Assembly (NCBI GenBank): GCA_964016885.1
Contig: OZ024743.1
Span: 55,366,001 to 55,430,000 of the forward strand
DNA length: 64,000 nucleotides
Origin: Eledone cirrhosa
Lineage: Eukaryota
Direction of reading: 5' to 3'
Both the position numbers and the translations under genes were made by a program. Shown piece after piece: positions 38,044 to 51,924 of this stretch. Positions within the stretch are counted from its first letter, which is position 1; each line of letters starts with the position of its first letter. The notes beneath the pieces were generated by a model, which saw only the letters and a list, made by a program, of their open reading frames with translations, made no database searches and was not told the origin of the DNA.

Positions 38044-40439
38044 TTAATTGTAAGTTGTGATGTTGCTGTTCCACTCATATTTTCTATTTAATTTTGGTTG
38101 TAATTCTTTTATGTTTACTGCCTCTGTAATTTGTCTAAACATTGCATCTTTTCTGTGTGTAGATTCTATTTTTATTTCTATGTTCTCTAATTTACCCTTG
38201 TGTTCTATCTTAGCATGTTGGTAGAGTACAGATGATTCTTTATTATCTTGAAGGTCTCGCCAGTGTTCATTTATCCGTTCCCCTATACTACGAGCTGTTT
38301 CACCTATGTACACTATATTGTTGTTTCTACATTGTCCTTCAGTACATCTTATGCTATACACTACATTTCTAGTTTTACAGTTAATATGGGGGCTTATTTT
38401 ACAGGTTATACATTTCTTATCTATACATGAGGGTCTTTGGAACGGGTATGTCTTGCTAATAAGTGTTTTTACGGAGGTACCTGGTCTTTCTACTATCTTA
38501 ATATTGAGTTTATGTTTATTTAGGGCCCTTCTAAATTTGTAGGCTAGTTCGACTCTAGGGGTTGTATTGATGAACATTACACTCTGGTATTTATTGCTAT
38601 CATACCATGAGTTTATTCTATTGGCCTTGTTCCTAGTTCTTTCTATTCTATTCCAAAATTTGCTCCTATACACGGGGCAGGTCCCATTTATGTCATTATT
38701 TACCATTTTTTCCCATTTGGTTCTGACTCGTCTATACACTCTGATTCTATCTCTCTGATTGTAGCCAGAGAACTGCATACGGTGGATGAAGTGTTGTATG
38801 TGTCTCTCTAGTTCTTCGGGGTTGCACATGCGGGACACATTTCTCATCACCCGTACCAAATCCGCAATCAGTATGTTGATTTTGGTATGGTCCGAAATGG
38901 CCGAGTTTCGGTGGATCAGATGTTTGGAAGTCATGGGTTTGGCATAATGGGAATGGAGGATTTGTTTTTGGTTGTTAATGGTATCTAACCAGAGCTCTGT
39001 GTCTAGTACAGGTAATCTAAGGTTGGGGTGTCTACTTGGGTAGTCTATAGTAACTCTAATGCTCTGGTGGATGGAGTTTGCTATTTGCTGGATGCTTTCC
39101 ATTGTGTTTTTCCCTAGTTCCTGACTGTTCTCTAGTGGGGGTGTCTTAACTACGATGTTTATATCATCTACGTAGCGGGAGTACATTATCAGGGTTAAGC
39201 TGTCTTCTAATTGTTCTTTAAGTTTAAGTTTAAGTCTACTGTCCCACCATACCATGAATAAGTTAGCTATGTCGCCTGCAATGCTAACACCAATGGCTGC
39301 TCCTTCCTCTTGGGCATATGTTTTTCCATTAAATTTGAACATATCTTCCTTAAGGTTTATTTTTATGCCGGCCCCTACCGCATGTGCAATCATTTTCTTC
39401 AGTTCATCGTGGTTTTCGGGTGTCCGTATGGCTCTGGTCCACCCGTTCCATCTATCTGTGTGGGTTTTCTTGGACATTGAGGTAATGGTAGGTGGTCTGC
39501 CTCTTGCTGGTCTTGTAGGGCACAGGTTGCTAAGGTCATAAGTGTCTAGGTAACTATTACTATGGGTAAGCTTAAGTAGAAGTCCCAGCTCACTGGTATC
39601 AATCCCACGGAACTCAACCTTCCTCTCGCTGATCATTTCGACGCATTTCTCCACAGCAAAATCCACGTCAATAGATGGATACAGGGACACAACATCCATA
39701 CTGCCTATTATGGAGTTTGTTAGGTCCCCAGATCGGTTACTCACGCCAATTCTGCTGAGGAGATCCTCCGTGCTGTCACATACATCTGGGGAATCTCAAT
39801 GATGGGGCGTATGATCAGGGAGAGCAAGTAGGGCAGTCTGTAGTTACTAGCAATGTTAGCTCCACAGACTGGCCGTGTTGGTGGTCCCGCGACAGGGTCA
39901 CAGCCCGTTTTATGGTCTTTTCGAAGCCCATACAACGCCGGCACGTCATTGTTCCAGACCTGGAAGTTGTTGGCAATCCTTTTGTTGGGCTGCATTATAT
40001 TCGTCCACATCACCATATGGGCATTGAGGGCTTTTTCTCTATCCTCATGCTCCTGTGGTGTTACCTCTCTTGTGTTAGTGATGTGGGGTTGCATTGCCTG
40101 GATGTAGTTTGGCAGGCTGTCAACCGACATCCTGCCAGACTTGTCTGTTGGAAAGCATGCTATCTCTCCATTACGTGAGCGCTGCATGAGCTTACGCAAG
40201 CCATTTACAGATTTTTCTCCCAGTTGCTGGGCCTCTATTCTATTAGGCTTCTTGCTATACTGTTCTATAATATTTCTAAGTTCGGATCTAGCTATACTAA
40301 ATTGTGCTTCTGTTTGTTCATCGACCTGCGACAGCAACTGCGTGCGTTTGTTAAATGGTAAAGTCGTGGCGTGGACTCGTCGCAGGTCGAATGATTTATC
40401 GGAGGGATTATAAAACGGAGAGCTCCAGACTGCTGCTTT
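38044..40439 (-). CDS. PLE reverse transcriptase plus C-terminal GIY-YIG endonuclease, 5'-truncated, one frameshift near 39795
   Basis: Motifs PTDKSG, LYGLRKDHK, PTRPV, then after the frameshift DSTEDLL, SMDVVSLYPSID, GAAIG, YSRYVDD, LPVLD, a Cys linker and VVYSIRC...YIGETARSIGERINEH. Confidence 0.9.
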
Positions 40440-41851
40440 ATAGATGGAACGGGTGGACCAGAGCCATACGGACACACGAAAACCACGATGAACTGAAGAA
40501 AATGATTGCACATGCGGTAGGGGCCAGCATAAAAATAAACCTTAAGGAACATATGTTCAAATTTAATGGAAAAACATATGCCCAAGAGGAAGGAGCAGCC
40601 ATTGGTGTTAGCATTGCAGGCGACATAGCTAACTTATTCATGGTATGGTGGGACAGTAGACTTAAACTTAAACTTAAAGAACAATTAGAAGACAGCTTAA
40701 CCCTGATAATGTACTCCCGCTACGTAGATGATATAAACATCGTAGTTAAGACACCCCCACTAGAGAACAGTCAGGAACTAGGGAAAAACACAATGGAAAG
40801 CATCCAGCAAATAGCAAACTCCATCCACCAGAGCATTAGAGTTACTATAGACTACCCAAGTAGACACCCCAACCATAGATTACCTGTACTAGACACAGAG
40901 CTCTGGTTAGATACCATTAACAACCAAAAACAAATCCTCCATTCCCATTATGCCAAACCCATGACTTCCAAACATCTGATCCACCGAAACTCGGCCATTT
41001 CGGACCATACCAAAATCAACATACTGATTGCGGATTTGGTACGGGTGATGAGAAATGTGTCCCGCATGTGCAACCCCGAAGAACTAGAGAGACACATACA
41101 ACACTTCATCCACCGTATGCAGTTCTCTGGCTACAATCAGAGAGATAGAATCAGAGTTTATAGAGGAGCCAGAACCAAATGGGAAAAAATGGTAAATAAT
41201 GACATAAATGGGACCTGCCCCGTGTATAGGAGCAAATTTTGGAATAGAATAGAAAGAACTAGGAACAAGGCCAATAGAATAAACTCATGGTATGATAGCA
41301 ATAAATACCAGAGTGTAATGTTCATCAATACAACCCCTAGAGGCGAACTAGCCTACAAATTTAGAAGGGCCCTAAATAAACATAAACTCAATATTAAGAT
41401 AGTAGAAAGACCAGGTACCTCCGTAAAAACACTTATTAGCAAGACATACCCGTTCCAAAGACCCTCATGTATAGATAAGAAATGTATAACCTGTAAAATA
41501 AGCCCCCATATTAACTGTAAAACTAGAAATGTAGTGTATAGCATAAGATGGACTGAAGGACAATGTAGAAACAACAATATAGTGTACATAGGTGAGACAG
41601 CTCGTAGTATAGGGGAACGGATAAATGAACACTGGCGAGACCTTCAAGATAATAAAGAATCATCTGTACTCTACCAACATGCTAAGATAGAACACAAGGG
41701 TAAATTAGAGAACATAGAAATAAAAATAGAATCTACACACAGAAAAGATGCTATGTTTAGACAAATTACAGAGGCAGTAAACATAAAAGAATTACAACCA
41801 AAATTAAATAGAAAATATGAGTGGAACAGCAACATCACAACTTACAATTAA
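40440..41851 (+). CDS. PLE RT (partial) plus GIY-YIG endonuclease, inverted duplicate
   Basis: ORF 40355-41851 is near-identical to 38044-39744 from RWNGWTR onward; its first approximately 28 aa are antisense read-in across the junction. Confidence 0.88.
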
Positions 41852-42055
41852 GGACAAAATGAAAACACACACACACATAGAACAAACAACCAACCAACAA
41901 CATGTAAATAAATAAACAAATAGATAAATGAACACAAACACACACAGACACCCGGATGTGGCGCATGCGCAAACTGAGCACACAACACACACACAGAAAC
42001 AAAATGGCGTAGGATAGAAGAAAGGAAAGGCACAGAAACAAAGAAAGGAATCCCC

Positions 42056-42100
42056 AGTCACTGAAGAGGTCACAGAGTGTGTGACGAAAGGACTATGACT
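42056..42100 (+). ncRNA. Type I hammerhead ribozyme in right pLTR, apparently intact
   Basis: AGTCA-CTGAAGA-G-GTCACA(GAGTG)TGTGAC-GAAA-GGAC-TA-TGACT: helix I of 5 bp, helix II of 6 bp, predicted cleavage after CUA (42095). Confidence 0.85.
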
Positions 42101-42318
42101 ATATATAAACAACTATCTGGTTGTGGAACCAACCAACCAACCAGAAATTTATAAATTTGTAGATTTGTAGATTTATAAATTTATAAATATATAATAAATT
42201 GAAGTGAAAGCAACTGGTGCGTGTGTTTCTTATTGGCAACATGACCCTCCCAAAGTATAACAATATCGGTTTCAACACACGATTTCAGATAAAGAATCTT
42301 GCTAAACAAATTCAGAAA

Positions 42319-42365
<47 letters not shown>

Positions 42366-42630
42366 TGAGTGTGTGTGCACGGGTTCGTGTGTGTACATAC
42401 AAACACACACAAACAAACTTGTGTCCATGTATGTGTTAATATGTATGATAATAGTACGAATCAACCAATGAAAATTTGTCACTTTATTCGTTCGGTGGTT
42501 TAGCCTGTGTAAAGTATTGTAGTTATTGTTCGGAAGTATAGTAAACATTGTAAACGTTGTATTGTATGGTACTAAGTCACATTACAGTGCTGACGGTTGT
42601 TTGGGCTGTGCTCAACTTTCAATCATCGCA

Positions 42631-43137
<507 letters not shown>

Positions 43138-43619
43138 GAGGCAGGCGAAGGAGGAGGAGGATAATATCAACAACAGGCTGAAACAGTATTAGAAAAATAT
43201 ACAAACATGTATGTGATTACCGGGAATAGTTGTTATAAAAATGTGTATTTATCTAAGACTCGCCAAAGTTCGTGATATTGAAAGTATTCCGTGTCTAAAA
43301 CCAACCACGCCAGACCCTTCATAGTTCAGCAAAAACTTATCTGCTAACATGGCACTTCTTTGAAAATTCTGTCATGTAAGAAATATAAATACACAAATAG
43401 ACGGAGACATGTCTGTGTGATTAAAGAGGTCTCCTCACAACCACGCGGTTTCGGGTTGAGTCCCACTGCACAGTACCCGATAGACTTGTGAATGAAACAT
43501 GAGAGACAGAATAAAGTAATATAGTTAATATGAAGCATTGTGAGATATGTAAGAAAGTCGATACAATGCGGTAGAAATATATAAAGAGCAAAGGAAGCCA
43601 AATAAAAAAAACTAAAAAA

Positions 43620-44855
43620 TTTGTTCGGGGTCTACTCCTGGCTCTCCAGCCGGTTGGTTTTGCCCGTAAAATCTGTCCAGCGATTCTTTCCTGAGACATT
43701 CTAACTACCTGCTAATCGTATCGGAGCTGTGATCTCTCAATTCAGAGAAGTAGTTGCTCTGCCTGATCTCTGAGCTATGCACTTTATCAAGTAACGTTGT
43801 TCAAAAGACTCTTCGGAGGAACCCCATTTCGGCCGCTTGGATTCACGATCGTATTCTTTCGGTCAGGACCATAGGTAAGGGTTAGCACGATTACCGAATT
43901 GAGGATAGTGGGATTTTGGCTTTTACACCTACCTCTTTTCTTCTGATTATGGAATGCTGAAGTTGGCGCTTTACTGCAGCAGCACCTGCTATTCTTGCCC
44001 TTAATTCAGCCTCCTGCCTACCATCACTCGTGAACACAGCCTCGAGATGAACACAGCCCCTCCACCTGCTTCAGTGTAACTCCATTCACATGTAGAGTAC
44101 CCTGTACAGGCTTCCTTGAGAGGACAAATGTCTCAGTCGTCGCAGCACTGACTTTTATTCCAGCCATGCAGCACTCGGCATCAGATCTATTAAGTGCAAG
44201 ACGGAGAACAACTTCTGCTAGTTATGAAACATTATGTCGTCTACGAATTCCAGCCGATTGATGTTACCCCCGCCAGTCAACACGGCTGCGCATGTGAATC
44301 CTGTTCATGAAAATAATGAAGAGGCGAGGTGACTTTACGCACCCTTCGCGGAGTCCGAATACCACATTGAATGGTTTCGATTTAGCACCATTTATCCGAA
44401 CACAAATACTCGGGCATTCATACAGAGACATCAGGGCAGCAAGGAGCTGACCATCGATCCCATACTCCTGCACAACATGCCACAACAGGTCCCAAGGAAC
44501 TTGGTCATATGACTTTTCAAGTTCGACAAAACAAGAATATACCCCTTGGTAATACTCCTACAATTTATCGAAGACATGCCGCAGTGTGAATATTTGGTCG
44601 GCTGTGCTGCGTTCGGGGGGAAAACTGCACTGTTTATCAGCTAGCTTGGAGTAACAATCTCCCTACATCTCTTTGCCAGACGCTAAGCATAGACTTCAGC
44701 AGGGAGGCTTAACAAGGTGACCCCTCTGTAATTGGAACGATCTCTCTTGTCTCCCTGTTTGAAAATTGGGATTATACCTCCCCATTTCCATTGCTTAGGT
44801 GCCTTTCCAGAGGTCCAGACCACCCGGCACATACGAGTCAGCCAGAGAATACCTG
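43620..44855 (-). mobile_element. RTE-clade LINE RT fragment, degenerate
   Basis: LWHVVQEYGIDGQLL...VRINGAKSKPFNVVFGLREGCVKSPRLFIIFM and MSQERIAGQILRAKPTG; same family as 32440 and 28440. Confidence 0.88.
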
Positions 44856-45005
44856 TAAAACTACTGTAATTGTAAATTAACTGATTGGTTTAAACTCTGA
44901 ACTGTCATTTACATATCTTGGTGTGAACTATAAAATCCCATTTGAGTTTGAATTATTGTTTGCCTTATATGGTTATGTTATCAACTTATCTAAATTATTT
45001 TATAC

Positions 45006-45140
<135 letters not shown>

Positions 45141-45240
45141 TGTTTGTGTGGTGTGTGTGTGTGTGTAGTAATAATTACGAAGACCAAAATCCGAAGGGGG
45201 CTCGATAAGGATAGTATATATATATATATATATATATATA

Positions 45241-45660
45241 TAAGTTTATCCCGGGTTCAATCGGAGGTAACCACAGTAAGTAAGGTACTCAATACATAGC
45301 AGAGTATAAAAGTTTTAATATAGAAGAGCTTTTACAGGACTAGAACTGTTTCATTCGTGAGAAATCATCAGGGAGCTGGCTGTCCAAGTACGTAGTGGTA
45401 TTTATATCTTTTCTTTTCTGGTGGTAGGAGAGGGTGGGGGTTGGGATGGGTGGAGGTCATTGGTTGAAGGATTTAAAGAAAAGGGAGTTCATTAAAAGCT
45501 AATTCTTTAGTTTAAAAGTTGTGGTATCGTTCATGGCTTTCCTAGAGCTATTAGTAATATTTAGGTTCGACTTGTCAATCTTCTGGCTCTTTGGTAACAA
45601 CCTATTATTCCTATGTGTGTTTAACTGTTCAATTAATTTAATTTGATTAACTTAACAAAC
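45241..45660 (-). mobile_element. Penelope-like pLTR remnant with hammerhead core, in (TA)n
   Basis: Minus strand CTGATGA-T-TTC(TCAC)GAA-T-GAAAC-AGTTCTA-GTC at about 45338-45371. A shorter homologous copy lies at 25318-25444 (+). Confidence 0.65.
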
Positions 45661-45685
45661 AAATAATATATATATATTTCGTTTC

Positions 45686-45726
<41 letters not shown>

Positions 45727-45776
45727 GAGAGGAATGGCACACGAATTAGGATATATATATATATATATATGAAAAC

Positions 45777-47876
45777 AGAGACGATTATGAGGAAGAAAAA
45801 TTTTTTTTTTCCTTTTTTGTTTCTCTCTCTCTTTTTTCTGGGTTAGAAAATGATTAAAACGAAATGTTTTACTTTGTGTGAAGTGTTAAGGTATTAGTTG
45901 ATATATTTATTATTTAACAATGGCATTTATTTATCTATTTATATATTTAATTATTGTCTATTACCGGTTTCAGCATTTTTATATGCATTATCAAATAATA
46001 GTGAAATGTATTAGTGTGGTGTTGCACATGTTAAACAGAAGGTGCAGAAAGAATAATGTTATATGCAAACAAGGTTTAACAAGTGAAAAGAAAAAAGAAA
46101 AAGGAAAAAAAACGTGCATAATGTGGAACGTAAAAAGTCAATGTGGAAGAAAAGTTAATGTTATTTACAAGCACAGTCATTGAAGTTAAGCAGTTCAAAA
46201 TGTGTTAATATCGCAAGAGTGCTTAGTTGAACCATTGTTCCGTGAAGGAGGCAAATGGTGGACTGTGGTTTGATATGATTTACCTTTTTAGAGAATTAAT
46301 ATGCAGGGGGAAGCAATTCTTGCTGGGTGATATTTAATTTATTTAAGAAAAAGGATTAAGTAAGGTGTGAGGGAGGTAACTCTTGTAAATGTTTGATGGT
46401 TTGTTGCAGTTTTAGATTGGTCCGATTTTTAGGGCATTGAGTAGTGGTTGAAATTTATTAATGAAATGTGTTTCCTTATTGGTACGTTGGATGAAAGTAG
46501 CGTTGTCTATGAATTTGTAAATGGGGAAAATTTTAAAGTTTGGATGTTGGTTGAGAGCACAAGTGGCGATATGTTCACTAAATGCAATCTTTCTGTATTC
46601 CTGTATTTTAATTTGTGATTTATGGACGGTCATACGTTGACGGAGGCTATTTTTTGTCTCTCCTATGTAGTGCTTTTGACAACCGGAGCATGTCAAAACA
46701 TAGATAAGGTTTTCAGATGCACACGTAAAGTTGTGTTTAACTGTAAAATATTGTCCTTGTTTAAAATGGAATGTTGAATCTTCTATTAGATTTATGCATA
46801 TGCCACAGTTGGACCTTCCGCATTTTGTTACTGTAGGGTTCATTCTGAGGGTTTGTTGGATTTGGGCTTGTGTGAGGATGTTTTTCATGGATTCTTTTGC
46901 TCTTTATGATGTTGTGTGTTTGGAGGATATTGTTCATTCTTGGGTCTCTTTTTAGTAAAAGAATGTTCTGGAGGATGGTGTCGAATGCCTCATTGTTGAG
47001 GGGGTTGTGTGTGGAGATGTATGGTAGAGCTTTTTGTTGCGGTTCACTCCTAGGTTTGAGGTATCTGAGTTCCTGGATGTCTAGTTTTAGGGCACGTTGG
47101 AATCCTTTCTGCTGATAAGTGTGGTTTTTAATTCTTCTAGTCGTGTGTAGCATGTGTATTTATCTGAAACTATTGTGCAGATCCTTCTGGCTAGGTTACA
47201 AGGAATTGCCATTTTGGTGTGTCTAGGGTGGCACGAGTTGAATGGAAGTTATTGAGTAAACATTTACAAGAGTTACCTCCCTCACACCCTACCCAATCCT
47301 TTTTCTTAAATAAATTAAATATCACCCAGCAAGAATTGCTTCACCCTGCATATTAACTCTCTAAAGAGGTAAATCATATCAAACCACAGTCCACCATTTG
47401 CCTCCTTCACGGAACTATGGTTCAACTAAGCACTCTTGCGATATTAACCCATGTTGAACTGCTTAACTTCAATGATTGTGCTTGTAAATAACATTATTTT
47501 TTCTTCCACATTGACTTTTTACGTTCCACATTATGCACGTTTTTTTTTTCTTTTTCTTTTTTCTTTTCACTTCTTAAACCTTTTTTGTATATAACATTAT
47601 TCTTTCTACATCTTCTGTTTAACATGTGCAACACCACAATAATACATTTCACTATCATTTGATAATGCATATAAATGCTGAAACCGGTAATAGACAATAA
47701 TGAAATATATAAATAGATAAGTAAATGCCAGTGTTAAATAATAAATAAATCAACTAATACCTTAACACTTCACACAAAGTAAAACATTTCGTTTTAATCA
47801 TTTTCTAACCCAGAAAAAAGAGAGAGAGAAACAAAAAAGGAAAAAATATATATTTTTCATCCTCATAATCGTCTCT
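45777..47876 (-). mobile_element. Second Penelope-like element (Neptune-type), 5'-truncated, with inverted 3'-region duplicate
   Basis: LPFNSCHPRHTKMAIP.NLARRICTIVSD (RT thumb, about 47160-47250), KCGRSNCGIC linker and GIY-YIG. Inverted arms at 45777-46394 and 47258-47876, with (TA)n flanks. Confidence 0.88.
46412..46888 (-). pseudogene. PLE GIY-YIG endonuclease domain
   Basis: FTCASENLIYVLTCSGCQKHYIGETKNSLRQRMTVHKSQI...KETHFINKFQPLLN; upstream frameshifts. Confidence 0.88.
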
Positions 47877-47886
47877 TTCTCCATGT

Positions 47887-47916
<30 letters not shown>

Positions 47917-47923
<7 letters not shown>

Positions 47924-48250
47924 TGTAATAAACAACATAAGGTAATTATTTCATTTACCAGTGGTTTCTTAAAAGAAAAAAATGTTGCTTTCAATCATCA
48001 GAATGAAAAAATCCTGGTGTATTTATTGACGTTGGATTTTAAAAACGTTTTTTAAAGTTTTTAAAATCCAACGTCAATAAATACACCAGGATTTTTTCAT
48101 TCTGATAATTGAAAGCAACATTTTTTGCTTTTAAGAAACCACTGGTAAATGAAATAATTGCCTTATGTTGTTTATTACATAACTATTAAGCTCTGTTACC
48201 TACATAGAGCACTCTTTTTTCCTGGACTTTTCCGACAGAATTACTCCATT
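47917..48250. mobile_element. PLE pLTR fold-back with minimal hammerhead core
   Basis: Arms 47917-48046 and 48057-48186. Core CTGATGA-TT-GAAAGCAA..TTGCTT lacks helix II. (TA)n lies on both sides. Confidence 0.6.
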
Positions 48251-48799
48251 TATATATATATATATTAAGCTAGAAAGACCAAAGGTTAATATTGAAAGTC
48301 TCTGGATTTCGCAAAATACATAATATTTTTTATTGGAGAAGGTAAGATATTTTCCCGCAAGAATTTGATTGCACTGTTTTGTTTCCCCTTATGTATTTTT
48401 GGAAAATGTTATTTATTCATTATAAAAATTATATTATATGTAGGTGGGCCCACTTCATCTCCTGGCAACCAATATTTCTAGACCCAGTCCGCCACTGTAT
48501 ATACATTGTTTTTCTCGTATATTTTTTTTCCCATATACAATTTTCTCTCTCATTCTGGATCTATGTACTTTTTGTATTTTTTGTTTTTGTTTTTGTTTTT
48601 GTTTTTGAGTCATGTGATAGAAGAAGATATTAACTAATTGTTTGTTTAATTATTACTTTCCACACTTTAAATTTATTTTCCGTTCTTTTGTAGTATCGTC
48701 CAATATATCGTAATATCCAATATATCGAAATATCCAATATCCAATTATGATTCCACTTTTCATAATTTCTAACTACAATTTATACATCTTCCTATTTAT

Positions 48800-48942
48800 C
48801 AGTCCAGAGATAGCCGTCGAAACGGCTTGAGCTCTGCCGTCGGGATTAAACATTTTCCTATTACCCACTCTACTACCCTAAGTAGTGAGTACTCTGGTGC
48901 GTTATGGTCCATCTGGTTCCTTACCACGCCTCCTTCGTTATT

Positions 48943-48945
<3 letters not shown>
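48800..48945 (+). mobile_element. PLE pLTR remnant (family of 35447-35630)
   Basis: Near-identical to the reverse complement of 35448-35535 and to 35573-35628; ends in (TA)n. Confidence 0.6.
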
Positions 48946-48996
<51 letters not shown>

Positions 48997-49647
48997 TACT
49001 TCTATCAAGATTTTAACTTTTAATTTCTAGATTTTAACTTATTACCAATTTAATTTCCATTATGAAACCATATCTAGACCATAGAATTAAGTTTACATTC
49101 TCTTCGCGAGTGGTGGCCAATTGTCTAAGTATAATTTAGGGGTACAATTGAAACTTAGTGAAACTTATACTCTTCAACTACCATAAAGTTTCGGTCGGCT
49201 GCAGTAAACTACAACTTAGTGGCTGGCACGAACCCTATGACCGTGTCACCTTACCGGCCTGGATGGGGTGATTGATTGGGGGGGGGGGCGATTTGCCTAG
49301 GCTAGTTTCGTTGTGTGTTGAGGTAGTAGTTAAATGGTCAACTTCCTTCACATTTGCGCCCGTGCAAAGATGTGGAGGTGAATTGGGGATCACAAACGAA
49401 CGGGCGAAGGCTTCAAGAACATCATATTTGTCTGTTCCCTTGTCATTTCAATTTGGATTGCCTCGAGAACGTAACCTGATTATGTAAGAAGCTGTTTGAT
49501 GAAATCATGGCAGTGGGTTCGCGGAATCACTGTCATCATCGAAGTATGTATCACCACCTTATCAATAAAGGACTTCAACGTCTGAAACTACTTCGCATTT
49601 TCTTATTCTATATAAAAGTATATATAGACCCGTAGAGAAAATATATA

Positions 49648-49772
49648 TTATTAGTACAGATTTAAGTTTAAGCAAAGAATTTCTACTTTCACCTTATTAC
49701 GGGATCTTCTGAAGATCTCGTAATAGGATGAAAGCAGAAATTCTTTGCTTAAACTTTAATCTGTACTAATAA
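49648..49772. mobile_element. PLE pLTR fold-back palindrome centred on a hammerhead core
   Basis: Near-perfect palindrome with apex GATCTTC-T-GAAGATC. The right arm reads CTGAAGA..GAAAGC. A non-palindromic relative lies at 25525-25640 (-). Confidence 0.65.
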
Positions 49773-50189
49773 AGTATATATATATAAATACAGAGACAGA
49801 GAGGGGGCGGGGAGAAAGAGATTCTCAAATGCGAGTGATGGCTGTAGTTTAGTTTTCATCATCTTAATGTTTAGCTTATTACTTTGATAGCATGCAGAAT
49901 ATTATAATTTATTTGCAGTGGAAAATGTTAATTGTGGCGTTGATATACCTCCCAAATACAAAAACATGAAAGACAAATTAGATTACTTCAAATGGAATTC
50001 GAAATAGCATTGAGTATTAACTGCCAAAATGTTAATTGAATCACCAGGCTTTATGTATAACACAGTATCATGTGGCAATAAGTCATAGGATGTACAAGAT
50101 TAAACGGTTCGCCAGTCTCTCGTAACCGTTCAAATCCAGCTGCTGGAACACCGTGAAATGAAGTGTCTTGCTGAAGAATATAATGCTTT

Positions 50190-50690
50190 ATCTCCTTCAT
50201 CTTCAATTCCTATCCTCATAACTGAGTGTTGTGACCATGGACAATTGAATCAATGCTCTCCACTGGCTCCTCTCCTTCGTCACAATTGTGCCTCGTGTCA
50301 TTATCCAGCGTCTCCTTCGTCTTCCTCTGGATCTTCTGCCATCGATACATCCCTCCAAGATATGAGTGCTGAGGTTTTGGGTCCTGATGACATGACCGAA
50401 GTATTGTAGCTTTCGCTTCTTTAAGATCACACCCGTATACCTCTCAAGACCGAGTCGTTAGTTTTGTGGTCCACCCTGCTAATGTTCAGTGAGCGCCTGT
50501 AACATGTTATCTTAAACGACATTAGTTTGTTAACATCGGTGGTTTTCAGTGTCCAAGTTTCACAGCCTCTTCAATTTACTGCCCTTGTAGATAGCGTATT
50601 CTATCTGCAGGGTGTTGGAGGACGTAAATGCAGATCTTGCTGTCCCTAGCCTAACTCTGATCACATGACAAACATTCGCTGACACAATGT
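50190..50690 (-). mobile_element. RTE-like LINE fragment (second family)
   Basis: KRKLQYFGHVIRTQNLSTHILEGCIDGRRSRGRRRRRW, a typical RTE C-terminus. Confidence 0.72.
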
Positions 50691-51131
50691 ACCAACTGGT
50701 TAAATGATAGAACCCACGTCTTTACAATCGTTCACCCAACACCATTTGGTTGTACGCCTTCTCAAACTTCTCGTCTATTGACTGAGAACTAGTTTTGTAA
50801 ACAGTTGTGAAGTACTATTTTTGTTATAATAATGTTCATATCGTCGGTTTTGTACTTTTTCTTACCACACACAGTATAACGCTGCTCGTAGGGTACAGAA
50901 AATAAACAAAATCTCGATATGTCAGTTAAAATATTGATAAAAATCTTAGAGAACAGTATCAGAACAAGTGTCATAATGCTGTAGCAATCCAAATACGTAT
51001 TGGCACGTTCTACAACTTCTGATAAACATTGTTGTTATAAAATGAGGTCTCGCCTGTGTTGATGAGGGGCAGTGTGAGGAGACTGATAGGAGTAAAGAAG
51101 GATAAACAACAGGCTTTATTGAAGGAGGAGC

Positions 51132-51198
<67 letters not shown>

Positions 51199-51484
51199 CG
51201 CTGATGATGATGATGAGGAGGAGGAGGAGGGGAGGAGGAGGAGGAGGAGAACGCTGATGATAGTGACAACGAGGACGAAGACGCTGGTGATGATGATGAT
51301 GATGATGATGATGATGAGGAGGAGGAGGAGGAGGAGGAGGAGGAGGAGGAGGAGGAGGAGGAAAGGAGAAAGAGATTGGAAGTTTCGCCATCACTCGGTA
51401 ATGATTTCTGATCTCAACGATCCAAGTTAATTAATTATAAATACATACTGCTGTATATAGTGTTGGACCTTCTTCGGGTTTGAC

Positions 51485-51712
51485 TTAAGCCTTAATGTTG
51501 TTTCGACGTAACCTTTAACGTAGTTTCCATGTAACCCTTAACGTAGTTTCGATCTAACTCATAACGTCGTTTTGATCTAACCCGTAACGTAGTTTCGACA
51601 TAACCCTTAACGTACTTTCGACGTAATCATTAACGTAGTTTTGAGGTAAACCATAACGTAGTTCCGACCTAACCCATAACGTAGTTTCGACGTAACCTTT
51701 GACTTAGTTCTC
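51485..51712 (+). repeat. 23-bp minisatellite (TAACGTAGTTTCGACGTAACCCT), about 10 degenerate units
   Basis: Seen directly; it runs into an interspersed-repeat sequence (AACGTGACACAG). Confidence 0.85.
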
Positions 51713-51924
51713 TAGGACACTTAACGTGACACAGCGCATAACATGGCTGATCCTATAAATTACAAGTTTAGAATATCTTATGTTATAGTGCAAGTGGTTT
51801 GACTCTCCATAAATACGTGTATCTCAGCGTAACACTGAGTGTGATAAGGTTAACCCTATGAATTATAGGTACAGTTCATATTGTATTTTAGTGTAAGTGT
51901 TTCGGTTTTCCACAAACACATGTA

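Larger units (their letters stand above)
37630..42263. mobile_element. Penelope-like element as a large fold-back: minus arm 37630-40439 and plus arm 40440-42263, 3' ends pointing outward
   Basis: About 1.8-kb inverted repeat (37630-39456 vs 40440-42263) with a roughly 1-kb spacer that continues the minus-strand ORF. It has RT and GIY-YIG ORFs and a hammerhead in each pLTR. The left flank is (TA)n. Confidence 0.93.

Noticed and set aside
38044-41851. Selenocysteine recoding as reported for some Naiad PLEs
   Set aside because: No in-frame TGA at Cys positions in either arm; the only Cys change seen is TGT to TGG.
51485-51712. CRISPR-like array
   Set aside because: Units are contiguous with no unique spacers, there are no cas genes, and the context is eukaryotic.
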